64,000 bases of DNA, taken from positions 13,899 through 77,898 of the forward strand of contig JAYPTH010000002.1 in NCBI GenBank assembly GCA_038133485.1. Direction: 5' to 3'. This document shows positions 1 to 8,711 of the stretch, piece by piece; position 1 is the first letter of the stretch, and the number at the start of each line of letters is the position of its first letter. The position numbers and the translations under genes are program-made. Source of the stretch: Gammaproteobacteria bacterium (lineage in GTDB: Bacteria; Pseudomonadota; Gammaproteobacteria; Magnimaribacterales; TMED112). Under the pieces are notes generated by a model. It made no database searches. It saw only the letters and a program-made list of their open reading frames with translations, and was not told where the DNA came from.

Positions 1-1436
1 CCTTCAGTGACTTCATCAATTACATTTTCAAGCTCTTCAGTCGCTTGTGGTTCCGATGCAAAGGTATTTGCAATTTTAAAGCTGCTAGATGTGACTTCGA
101 AAGGCTCTGACCATCTATTCAGGTCACTGCTAAAAATTATTGATTCGTCAGAACTTGAAAAATCATTAGCTCCATAACTTACATCTGTGAATGCTATTGA
201 TGGAACATTATATTTTTCTTCAATACTTAAAACACTTTCTGTGGAGCCAACTAAGCTCTCAACTAAGCTATTTGAGATATCTTCGAATTTGATTGCAATC
301 AATTCATTTTTTAGAGATTGAGTCTTATCTTCGAAACTTTCGATAACTGGTTGATCTATTTCAGTCACTTTTAAGAAATGTGCATTACCTTCGTAAAAAA
401 TAGACTGTGAAAGCTCGCCTTCGTCCAAAGTAAGAATTACTTCTTCAAACTCTAATGGAAATATTTGGCCATCTGTGAATCCTAAATCGCCACCTAGATC
501 TGCCGTACCTTCATCTTCTGAGTTTGCAATCACATACTCCTCAAAGTTTTCTGATGTAAGTTCACTGCCAATTTGGTTGACTCTATTCGTAAATTCCTCT
601 GTGGATGCATAATTTTCACCAATAACCATTAAATGAGAAATTCTCTTCTCACCTGAAGGCAAGGTTTGTAAATATGAATTGTAAGCCTCTGTTAATTCTG
701 CTTGTGAAATTTCAATATTTAAATTTTCTTTTGAGAATTCAACTGTAACAAATGACCTCTTTTCAGGAATAAGGTATGTATTTATATTTTGTTGATAAAA
801 CTCTTTGATTTCTTCTTCAGAAATTTCAAAATCTTTGATTACATTATCTTTTGTTAGCTCAAAGAACTTGAGTGATCTTCTCTCAGTAAGCAGATCTAAA
901 TACTGGTCAAGAGTATTGTCGTAGATGTTAACAGTAGAATTTAGTAAGGCTACTGAAAGATTGAGCTTTAGATCAGCTTCAAAATCTCCAACCAAATCTT
1001 CTTTTGATAAGTTAAAGTTAATTAGGTAATTCTTAAAAGCTTCTTGATTAAATTTACCATCAACTTGGAAAACTTCATTTTTTGCAAGCTCATTTTCCAG
1101 ATAGCTTTGAGGAATTGTTATTCCCAACTCATCAAAAAACTTTACTAGTGTGTATTTTTCAATAAGCGAACTTTTGGCTTGCTGATCAATAAATTCATTG
1201 AGAGGTGTCAAATCAATTTGCTGACCAAATTGCTCACGTATATTTTCTTCAATCATGCTGCGTGTTCTAAAATATTCCCCTTGGGAAATACCATAATCTC
1301 CAACCTTGGCATAATCGTTGGTGTTAAAATTTTGCGTAAAGGTAGGTAGCCCCAAAAACATAAATGTTAGGGCAACTATACCTAGAAAAGAAAAGGCTAC
1401 AATTCCTTGTAGCCTCTCCCGTAAGAAACTGATCAA
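1..1436 (-). CDS. ppiD: Periplasmic chaperone / peptidyl-prolyl isomerase PpiD, 3' end cut by window edge
   Basis: Not in the ORF track because there is no stop in the window. Hand translation of the minus strand from TTG at 1436 gives MISFLRERLQGIVAFSFLGIVALTFMFLGLPTF, an N-terminal membrane anchor. The frame stayed open as far as I translated (to about position 480). It contains parvulin-type motifs RISHLMVIG and DLGGDLG. Canonical lon-hupB-ppiD order. Confidence 0.7.
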   Translation of the reverse strand, partial: MISFLRERLQGIVAFSFLGIVALTFMFLGLPTFTQNFNTNDYAKVGDYGISQGEYFRTRSMIEENIREQFGQQIDLTPLNEFIDQQAKSSLIEKYTLVKFFDELGITIPQSYLENELAKNEVFQVDGKFNQEAFKNYLINFNLSKEDLVGDFEADLKLNLSVALLNSTVNIYDNTLDQYLDLLTERRSLKFFELTKDNVIKDFEISEEEIKEFYQQNINTYLIPEKRSFVTVEFSKENLNIEISQAELTEAYNSYLQTLPSGEKRISHLMVIGENYASTEEFTNRVNQIGSELTSENFEEYVIANSEDEGTADLGGDLGFTDGQIFPLEFEEVILTLDEGELSQSIFYEGNAHFLKVTEIDQPVIESFEDKTQSLKNELIAIKFEDISNSLVESLVGSTESVLSIEEKYNVPSIAFTDVSYGANDFSSSDESIIFSSDLNRWSEPFEVTSSSFKIANTFASEPQATEELENVIDEVTE

Positions 1437-1448
1437 CTCAGTTAAATA

Positions 1449-1724
1449 TTAGTTTACTGCAGCTTTAAGTGCTTTACCTGCTTTAAATACAGGCACAGTT
1501 GCTGCTGGAATGTGAATCTTCTGGGAAGGATTCTGTGGGTTAATTCCCTCTCTAGCAGCTCTCTGTCTTACAGAAAAGGTTCCAAAGCCTACCAATGATA
1601 CAGAGTCACCTTTTGAAAGTGCACCTGTCACAGCATTCACGACAGCATCTAATGCTTTAGCAGCGTCAACTTTTGTGCTACCAGTTTCGCTGGCAACAAC
1701 ATCAATTAAATCAGCCTTATTCAT
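1449..1724 (-). CDS. hupB: Nucleoid-associated DNA-binding protein HU
   Basis: 91 aa. HU/IHF family pattern: MNKADLID start, GFGTF, and a DNA-binding arm RAAREGINPQNP. GAGGAG RBS upstream. Sits downstream of lon as in enterics. Confidence 0.88.
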   Translation of the reverse strand: MNKADLIDVVASETGSTKVDAAKALDAVVNAVTGALSKGDSVSLVGFGTFSVRQRAAREGINPQNPSQKIHIPAATVPVFKAGKALKAAVN

Positions 1725-1860
1725 AAAATCTCCTCAAAATGCCTTTAAAGAAAGGCTTTTATCTACATTAGCCCTTTAAAATTAATTAATCAAGAAAAAA
1801 CGTGTAAATAATTTAACTTTATTCAGGGGTTATTTCTTGACAATAAATGGGTGGAATGCT

Positions 1861-4173
1861 TTATAAAAGAGCTTCTTTAAGCACCTCGTTAATATTTTCA
1901 ACAGGTTTGATATTTAAATTTTTTAGAATATTAGATTCTACTTCTTCTAAGTCTCCAACATTTTCTTTAGGAATAATTACATTGGTGATGCCACTTCTTT
2001 TAGCTGCTATAAGCTTCTCTTTCAAGCCCCCAATCTTCAAAACCTTTCCTGCAAGAGTAATCTCACCTGTCATTGCTAAGTTTGCTTTTATCGATTTATT
2101 TAAAACCACAGATGTAATTGCAACGCACATAGTTATACCTGCGCTTGGTCCATCTTTAGGTGTAGCTCCTTCGGGGACGTGAATATGAATATCGTGTTTT
2201 TCAAAAAAATCATTTTCTATGTTTTTTGATAATGCAATATTTTTAGTAACAGTGAGAGCTGCTTGAATAGACTCTTGCATAACATCACCAAGAGATCCAG
2301 TTTTTATAATTCTTCCTTTACCTGAAATAACAGCAGCTTCAATTTTTAACAACTCCCCACCCACTGAAGTCCAAGCGAGACCATTGACCTGACCTTTCAC
2401 ATCTTCATTATCAAATTGGCCATATTTATAAGGCTCTGGCCCTAAAATATTTCTTACAGCCCTGTTATCAATTTTGACTGAAGAAGGTTGCTCCAAGGAG
2501 ATCTCCTTTACTTTTTTTCTACATATCTTATTGATCTGTCTATCAAGATCCCTGACACCTGCTTCCCTTGTGTAATTTCTTATAACTTTTAGGATGGAAT
2601 TAATACTAAAGGATATCTCTTTATCATTAAGACCATTTTTTTCTAGGTTGCGTGGAACAAGATAATTTTTGGCAATATTTAATTTTTCATCCTCTATATA
2701 GCCAGGCAATCTTATTATCTCCATTCTATCTAATAATGCTGGAGGGATATTTAATGAATTTGCAGTGCAAATAAACATAACTTCTGATAAATCATAATCA
2801 ACTTCAAGATAATGATCGTTGAAGCTATTGTTTTGTTCCGGATCTAGCACTTCTAATAAAGCAGAACTTGGGTCTCCCCTATGATCCATGCCAACTTTAT
2901 CAATCTCATCTAATAGGAAGAGAGGGTTTTTTACTTTAGTTTTTGTTAATTTTTGAATTATCTTTCCAGGCATAGATCCAATATATGTCTTTCTATGGCC
3001 CCTAATTTCCGCTTCATCTCGGACACCACCCAGCGATAACCTAATAAAATTTCTATTCACTGAACGTGCTATCGATTCACCTAAAGAAGTTTTACCAACA
3101 CCTGGAGGACCAACAAAACATAATACTGGTGCCTTCATTTTTTTTACTCTTTTTTGCACAGCAAGATACTCTAGTATCCTTTCCTTAACTTCCTTTAATC
3201 CATAGTGATCTTCATCGAGGATCTCTTTGGCCTTCTTTAGGTCTACATTTATTTTCGTAGTCTTATGCCATGGAACTTCAAGAAGAGTTTCGATATAAGT
3301 TCTTACGACTGTAGCCTCTGCTGACATTGGAGACATTTGCTTTAGCTTTGAAAACTCTGAATTAATTTTTTCAAGAGCTTCTTTAGAAAGTTTGGTTTCT
3401 TCGATTTTTGATTGTAGTTCTTCTAACTCATTTTTTTCATCTCCAATTTCACCCAATTCTTTCTGTGCAGCTTTAATCTGCTCATTTAAAAAATACTCTT
3501 TTTGCGATTTTTCCATTTGCTTTCTAACTCGCCCTCTTATTCTTTGCTCAACTTCAATTAAATCTATTTGAGCCTCAAGCAAACTAGATAAAAATTCTCC
3601 ACGTGAAATGACCTTTTCTTGTTCAAGAATTTCCTGTTTGTCTTTTATTGAAAGGTGAATATTAGAAGAAATTACATCGATAACTTTAGCTAAACTAGCC
3701 ATAGACTGAACTTGATTGATAATTTCAACTGAAACTTTTTTTGAAACAGAAACAAATTCGGTAAATTGGTTCTTTATTGTTCCCAAAAGATCTCTTTCAT
3801 ACTTTGAATCCTCTGAAGATTCATCAATTTTGATAATTTCGGCAAAATAGCCCTTGTCTATTGTCACATCTTTTAACCTAGCACGATGTAAGCCTTCAAC
3901 TAAAATCTTAACTGTTCCATCTGGCAATTTAATCATCTGTAGCAAAGTAGAAATAGTGCCAACTTTTGGCAAATCTGAAATTGTAGGCTCCTCGTTGGAT
4001 GGTGAATTCTGGGCTACAAGGAAAATTTTCTTATTTGTTCTTAATGCATCTTCAAGTGAAAAAATAGATTTTTCTCGACCAACAAACAAGGTTGATACTG
4101 TATTTGGAAAAATCACAACGTCCCTCAATGGAATCATTGGCATTTTCACGGTTACCTGGATTTCGTCAGACAT
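1861..4173 (-). CDS. lon: ATP-dependent Lon protease
   Basis: 770 aa. Walker A GPPGVGKTS, catalytic Ser motif KDGPSAG, Lon N-terminal substrate domain. Start codon directly abuts the clpX stop. Confidence 0.97.
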   Translation of the reverse strand: MSDEIQVTVKMPMIPLRDVVIFPNTVSTLFVGREKSIFSLEDALRTNKKIFLVAQNSPSNEEPTISDLPKVGTISTLLQMIKLPDGTVKILVEGLHRARLKDVTIDKGYFAEIIKIDESSEDSKYERDLLGTIKNQFTEFVSVSKKVSVEIINQVQSMASLAKVIDVISSNIHLSIKDKQEILEQEKVISRGEFLSSLLEAQIDLIEVEQRIRGRVRKQMEKSQKEYFLNEQIKAAQKELGEIGDEKNELEELQSKIEETKLSKEALEKINSEFSKLKQMSPMSAEATVVRTYIETLLEVPWHKTTKINVDLKKAKEILDEDHYGLKEVKERILEYLAVQKRVKKMKAPVLCFVGPPGVGKTSLGESIARSVNRNFIRLSLGGVRDEAEIRGHRKTYIGSMPGKIIQKLTKTKVKNPLFLLDEIDKVGMDHRGDPSSALLEVLDPEQNNSFNDHYLEVDYDLSEVMFICTANSLNIPPALLDRMEIIRLPGYIEDEKLNIAKNYLVPRNLEKNGLNDKEISFSINSILKVIRNYTREAGVRDLDRQINKICRKKVKEISLEQPSSVKIDNRAVRNILGPEPYKYGQFDNEDVKGQVNGLAWTSVGGELLKIEAAVISGKGRIIKTGSLGDVMQESIQAALTVTKNIALSKNIENDFFEKHDIHIHVPEGATPKDGPSAGITMCVAITSVVLNKSIKANLAMTGEITLAGKVLKIGGLKEKLIAAKRSGITNVIIPKENVGDLEEVESNILKNLNIKPVENINEVLKEALL

Positions 4174-5406
4174 TTAGTTTGCAATTTTTTTTGCCATCAA
4201 TTTGAGAGGATTATCTCTATTAATGACTACATTTTTATCGATAACTATTTTTTCAACCTTGGAATTAATTGAAGGTAGCTCAAACATTGAATCTTGCAAA
4301 ATATCTTCAAAAATAGAGCGGAGAGCTCTGGCGCCTGATGAGCTTTTTTTTGCCTCTGAAGCAATTGCAACATATGCGTCTTTAGTAAATTCAAGCTTTA
4401 TACCATCTAGATCAAATAGATACTTAAACTGATCGCTAATAGAGTTCTTGGTTTCTGACATGACTTTTACTAAATCTTCTTCTGAAAGCTCTTCTAATGG
4501 TGCAACAACTGGGAATCTTCCTATAAATTCTGGGATAATTCCATATTTGATTAAATCCTGTGATTTAGCATTTTTAAACATTTTACCTTTATCAATATTT
4601 TCTTTATCAACAATTTCAGAATTGAACCCAATAGTGCTACTAGAAAGTCTTGACTGTATTTGCGCCTCCAAGCCGTTAAAAGCTCCGCCACAAATAAATA
4701 AGATATTTTTAGTGTCTACTTGCAAAAACTCTTGCTGGGGATGCTTTCTACCACCTTGAGGCGGGATTGATGCTGTTGTGCCTTCAATGATTTTTAATAG
4801 GGCTTGCTGAACACCTTCACCAGAAACATCCCTTGTTATCGAAACATTTTCTCCTTTTTTAGAAATCTTATCTATTTCATCGATATAAATTATCCCCTTC
4901 TGGGCACGATCAATATCATAATTAGCGTTAATTAATAGTTTTTGAATTATATTTTCAACATCCTCTCCTACATATCCAGCTTCAGTCAAGGAAGTTGCAT
5001 CAGCAATTGCGAAGGGAACATCCAAAAACTTTGCCAGAGTTTGAGCAAGAAGAGTTTTGCCGCAACCAGTTGGACCCAATAACAGAACATTACTTTTTTG
5101 AACCTCAACTTCAGCGCTTTCCTTGGTATTGATTCGTTTATAGTGATTGTACACAGCAACTGATAAACGCTTTTTTGCATCGTCTTGTCCTACAATCCTT
5201 TGATCTAGATAATCATAGATTTCTTTTGGTTTGATACTCTTAATTTCAGAGCTTTTTTCTTGCTGCTCCTCTTCAGCAAGGATGTCATTACAAAGATCAA
5301 CACATTCATTGCAAATATAAATATTTGGGCCCGCAATTAGTTTCTGAACTTTAGCTTGCTCTTTCCCACAAAAAGTACAATTTAGTTTTGACTTCTCAAT
5401 TTCCAT
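4174..5406 (-). CDS. clpX: ATP-dependent Clp protease ATP-binding subunit ClpX
   Basis: 410 aa. N-terminal zinc finger CTFCGK..CNEC, Walker A GPTGCGKT, and ClpP-docking loop motif IGF (TIGFNSE). Confidence 0.97.
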   Translation of the reverse strand: MEIEKSKLNCTFCGKEQAKVQKLIAGPNIYICNECVDLCNDILAEEEQQEKSSEIKSIKPKEIYDYLDQRIVGQDDAKKRLSVAVYNHYKRINTKESAEVEVQKSNVLLLGPTGCGKTLLAQTLAKFLDVPFAIADATSLTEAGYVGEDVENIIQKLLINANYDIDRAQKGIIYIDEIDKISKKGENVSITRDVSGEGVQQALLKIIEGTTASIPPQGGRKHPQQEFLQVDTKNILFICGGAFNGLEAQIQSRLSSSTIGFNSEIVDKENIDKGKMFKNAKSQDLIKYGIIPEFIGRFPVVAPLEELSEEDLVKVMSETKNSISDQFKYLFDLDGIKLEFTKDAYVAIASEAKKSSSGARALRSIFEDILQDSMFELPSINSKVEKIVIDKNVVINRDNPLKLMAKKIAN

Positions 5407-5999
5407 TATTTTCTTTTTTCTAAAATATTATCTACAAGTCCGTATTTAATAGCTGATTCAGCATCCATAAAAAAGTCACGTTCTGTATCTTTCTCAATTT
5501 TCTTCAATGATTGTCCCGTGGAATCAGATAAAATCTTATTTAACCTGTTTCGTAATGTTTTTATTTCTTTTGCATGAATTTCAATGTCTGTTGCCTGTCC
5601 TTGAACGCCGCCTAATGGCTGATGAATCATAACTCTGCTGTTAGGCAATACAAATCTTTTTTCTTTTGCACCTCCTGCCAGCAAAACTGCCCCCATGCTA
5701 GCAGCTTGCCCAAAACAAACTGTTGAGACGTCACACTTTAAATAATTCATGGTATCTAGGATTGATAACCCAGAAGTGATGACTCCTCCTGGAGAATTTA
5801 TGTACATATAAATATCTTTTTTTGGATCTTCAGATTCTAAAAATAGTAACTGCGCTACCACTAAATTAGCGACATAGTCATCGATTTTGCCAACAATAAA
5901 TATAATCCTATCTTTAAGCAAACGTGAAAAAATATCGTATGCCCTTTCACCGCGTGATGATTGCTCTACAACCATTGGTACTAAATTATTTTCAAACAT
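5406..5999 (-). CDS. clpP: ATP-dependent Clp protease proteolytic subunit ClpP
   Basis: 197 aa. Catalytic Ser context GQAASMGA and His context MIHQPLGG. Its stop TAA shares one nt with the clpX ATG (TAATG). Confidence 0.97.
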   Translation of the reverse strand: MFENNLVPMVVEQSSRGERAYDIFSRLLKDRIIFIVGKIDDYVANLVVAQLLFLESEDPKKDIYMYINSPGGVITSGLSILDTMNYLKCDVSTVCFGQAASMGAVLLAGGAKEKRFVLPNSRVMIHQPLGGVQGQATDIEIHAKEIKTLRNRLNKILSDSTGQSLKKIEKDTERDFFMDAESAIKYGLVDNILEKRK

Positions 6000-6109
6000 A
6001 GTTTTAATATAGTGTAGTTTGAATATAAATCAATATATGGTAGAAATTCTGTAAACTTAATAATGTTTTAGCAAAACTTGATAGATATTTATAAAAACAT
6101 GAGCATCAT

Positions 6110-6187
6110 TGGGGTGGACGAAGGGGGTTGAACCCTCGACCTCCGGTGCCACAAACCGGCGCTCTAACCAACTGAGCTACGCCCACC
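6110..6187 (-). tRNA. tRNA-His (anticodon GTG)
   Basis: The reverse complement GGTGGGCGTAGCTCAGTTGGTTAGAGCGCCGGTTTGTGGCACCGGAGGTCGAGGGTTCAACCCCCTTCGTCCACCCCA folds as a cloverleaf. Anticodon loop TTGTGGC. It has the His-specific extra 5' G(-1) paired to C73, and an encoded CCA. Confidence 0.93.
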
Positions 6188-6247
6188 ATTTATGCGTGTG
6201 TTTTTGAAAAAAAAATTATATCATTATCACCAACAAGGGGTAATAAA

Positions 6248-7648
6248 ATGGGGTCAAATAATTTGTTTTTAAAGAGCATCACCAAGATGTTCGATAATGC
6301 TGTCGAAATACTAGATATTGATAAAGGTTTAGCTAAACAAATCAGGTCTTGCAATAATACCTACACGGTGAGATTTGGAGTCAAATTAAAGAAGGGTGTC
6401 GAGGTTTTCACTGGTTTTAGAGCTGTTCATTCAGAACACCTTGAGCCTGTTAAGGGCGGCATAAGATACGCCCCTAACGTTAATGCATCAGAAATTGAGG
6501 CAATGGCTGCTCTTATGACTTATAAAAATGCTGTAGTAGATGTTCCTTTTGGAGGCTCTAAAGGGGGTTTAAAGATTAACCCAAAGAAGTATGATGAAGA
6601 AGATCTGGAAAAAATTACTAGGCGTTTTACTGAGGAGTTATCTAAAAGAGGCTTAATATCCCCTAGCCTTAACGTTCCTGCTCCAGATATGGGAACGAGT
6701 GAAAGAGAGATGGCATGGATTGCAGATGAATATAGGCGCCTTAATCCTCATGAAATAAATGCTTTTGCATGCGTTACTGGTAAACCAATTGGCATGGGTG
6801 GAGTTAATGGGAGAACAGAAGCAACAGGAAGAGGAATCTTTTACGCACTTAGTGCTTTCTTCAATAGTAAAGATGTAAAAAAATCTTCAATTAAAGGCAA
6901 ACTAAGCTCACAAAAAATAATCATAGAAGGACTTGGAAAGGTTGGTTATCATGCAGCATCTTGCTTGCAAGAGCATGGCTGTAAGATTATTGGAATTATT
7001 GAAAAAGATATAGCTTTCCATGATGTTAAGGGTTTAGATATAAATCTAATTAGTTCTTGGATGAAAGAGTCCAGAGAACCTGAAGATTTTCCACACCCAA
7101 ATCAACTGAAAAGCAAAGAGGAGGTCTTTGCATCTGAATGTGATATTTTTATTCCAGCTGCACAAGAAGGAACTGTTACGGAAGAAAATCACGGGAAACT
7201 AAATGCAAAAATTATTTGTGAGGGAGCGAATGGACCTTTAACTTCTAGAGCAGACTATTATCTCAACAAGAAAGGAATATTAATTATCCCAGACTTATAT
7301 GCTAATGCCGGCGGTGTTGCAGTAAGTTATTTTGAATGGGTAAGAAATCTTTCACATATGAGGTTTGGCAGAATGGAAAAAAGACGTAAGCAATATGAAA
7401 ATGCATCTCTTATAAATATTATAGAAAATACTACTGGCTCTAGAGTCTCACAGAAAGAGAAATCACTTTTTAGTGCAGGTAGTTCAGAAATAGATTTAGT
7501 TAGATCAGGTTTAGAAGATATGATGACTGAAGCTTACGAAAATATGAGTGAAATATGGAATGCTAATGATTATCCATCACTTAGAACAACTGCTTATATT
7601 TACTCCATCCAAAAACTAGTCAATTCATATAAGAGTATAGGCATATAA
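6248..7648 (+). CDS. Glu/Leu/Phe/Val dehydrogenase family enzyme, probably glutamate dehydrogenase
   Basis: 466 aa. Catalytic-lysine region VPFGGSKGGL, dinucleotide fold GLGKVGYH, and the conserved C-terminal GGVAVSYFEW motif. Confidence 0.82.
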   Translation: MGSNNLFLKSITKMFDNAVEILDIDKGLAKQIRSCNNTYTVRFGVKLKKGVEVFTGFRAVHSEHLEPVKGGIRYAPNVNASEIEAMAALMTYKNAVVDVPFGGSKGGLKINPKKYDEEDLEKITRRFTEELSKRGLISPSLNVPAPDMGTSEREMAWIADEYRRLNPHEINAFACVTGKPIGMGGVNGRTEATGRGIFYALSAFFNSKDVKKSSIKGKLSSQKIIIEGLGKVGYHAASCLQEHGCKIIGIIEKDIAFHDVKGLDINLISSWMKESREPEDFPHPNQLKSKEEVFASECDIFIPAAQEGTVTEENHGKLNAKIICEGANGPLTSRADYYLNKKGILIIPDLYANAGGVAVSYFEWVRNLSHMRFGRMEKRRKQYENASLINIIENTTGSRVSQKEKSLFSAGSSEIDLVRSGLEDMMTEAYENMSEIWNANDYPSLRTTAYIYSIQKLVNSYKSIGI

Positions 7649-7653
7649 GAAAT

Positions 7654-7730
7654 TGGCGCGCCAGGGAGGATTCGAACCCCCGACCAATAGCTTAGAAGGC
7701 TACTGCTCTATCCAGCTGAGCTACTGGCGC
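7654..7730 (-). tRNA. tRNA-Arg (anticodon TCT)
   Basis: The reverse complement GCGCCAGTAGCTCAGCTGGATAGAGCAGTAGCCTTCTAAGCTATTGGTCGGGGGTTCGAATCCTCCCTGGCGCGCCA gives a full cloverleaf with anticodon loop CTTCTAA. The track ORF 7653..7838 is a shadow over this tRNA. Confidence 0.93.
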
Positions 7731-7807
7731 TGGTCGGGGCAGCAGGATTTGAACCTGCGACCACCTGGTCCCAAACCAGGTGCGCTACCAGACTGCGCTA
7801 TGCCCCG
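7731..7807 (-). tRNA. tRNA-Pro (anticodon TGG)
   Basis: The reverse complement CGGGGCATAGCGCAGTCTGGTAGCGCACCTGGTTTGGGACCAGGTGGTCGCAGGTTCAAATCCTGCTGCCCCGACCA gives a cloverleaf with anticodon loop TTTGGGA. Its CCA end abuts G1 of tRNA-Arg. Confidence 0.93.
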
Positions 7808-7856
7808 AAAGAGAAATCATATAAACTATGTGCTTTAACTTCAAGCAAAAAATTTA

Positions 7857-8711
7857 ATGGCAAACCCTATTGTTCTTGATGGCAAAGTTTTAGCAGAAAA
7901 AAGCAATCAAGAAATTTCTCAACACGCGCATAATCTGACCAAAAAATTTGGAAGACCCCCTACTCTTGCAGCAATCTTAGTTGGCGAAGACCCTGCCTCA
8001 AAAACATATGTTTCAATGAAAGAAAAAACATGCCAATCATTAGGTATTAATACTAAGTCTCATCTTATTTCTGAAGATAGTACTACCACTGAGCTGCTTG
8101 AGTTAATTCATACTTTGAACTTAGATGATTCAGTTGATGGTATTTTGCTTCAACACCCGACACCTAAACACATAGATGAACAAAAATGCTTCAATGCAAT
8201 AGCACTAAATAAAGATGTTGATGGAGTATCAACAAATGGGTATGGGAATATGGCGATGGGTTTAGAAGCATTTAAATCCTGTACGCCATTTGGCATAATG
8301 CGTCTGCTTAATGAATATAAAATTGATTGCAGTGGTAAATTGGCCTTAGTTATAGGAAGAAGCCAAATTCTTGGCAAACCTATGTCAGCTTTGCTATTAA
8401 ATGCTGACGCAACTGTTATAACCGCGCATTCTAAAACAATAAATCTTGACAAACTTTTGGCAGAGGCTGATATCGTTGTTGCGGCTGTAGGTAAACCTAA
8501 ATTTATAGATTGCAAAAAGTTAAAAAAATCATCTGTATTAATTGATGCAGGCTATCACCCTGCAGAAAAATGTGGAGATGTTGACATGGAAGGTATAGAA
8601 GATATAGTTTCTGCATATACACCGGTTCCAGGCGGAGTAGGACCAATGACAATAAATACTTTGATGTTAAATACAGTTAATGCAATGGAGAAAAACTGTT
8701 ATGAACAATAA
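7857..8711 (+). CDS. folD: Bifunctional 5,10-methylenetetrahydrofolate dehydrogenase / cyclohydrolase
   Basis: 284 aa. Family motifs ASKTYVSMKEK, GILLQHP, VIGRSQILGKP and PVPGGVGPMT. Confidence 0.95.
   Translation: MANPIVLDGKVLAEKSNQEISQHAHNLTKKFGRPPTLAAILVGEDPASKTYVSMKEKTCQSLGINTKSHLISEDSTTTELLELIHTLNLDDSVDGILLQHPTPKHIDEQKCFNAIALNKDVDGVSTNGYGNMAMGLEAFKSCTPFGIMRLLNEYKIDCSGKLALVIGRSQILGKPMSALLLNADATVITAHSKTINLDKLLAEADIVVAAVGKPKFIDCKKLKKSSVLIDAGYHPAEKCGDVDMEGIEDIVSAYTPVPGGVGPMTINTLMLNTVNAMEKNCYEQ

Noticed and set aside
1741-1843. Hairpin GCCTTT-AAAG-AAAGGC (1741-1756) and a plus-strand TTGACA-N17-TTTATA promoter-like match (from 1838) pointing antisense into lon.
   Set aside because: The hairpin is short and AT-rich. 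It sits in the hupB 5' leader and could be a lon terminator or nothing. The promoter-like match has no downstream plus-strand gene, and such matches are expected by chance in AT-rich DNA.
1847-5180. Track ORFs antisense or out of frame within lon and clpX (1847..2182, 3854..4177, 4202..4432, 4448..4759, 4986..5180).
   Set aside because: They lie wholly inside strongly supported genes on the opposite strand or in another frame. They have low-complexity or hydrophobic shadow compositions and no start context. The same applies to the other embedded ORFs in the track (e.g. 8150..8515, 14582..14923, 26164..26526, 28071..28292, 32961..33245, 38510..38815, 39085..39429, 40339..40698, 44008..44385, 53499..53823, 58289..59930).
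7653-7838. 61-aa ORF MARQGGFEPPTNSLEGY... and the similar 84-aa ORF at 15569..15823.
   Set aside because: Both are translations across tRNA genes: Arg+Pro and Asp. The GFEP/GLEP peptides are the usual signature of a T-arm read as protein.
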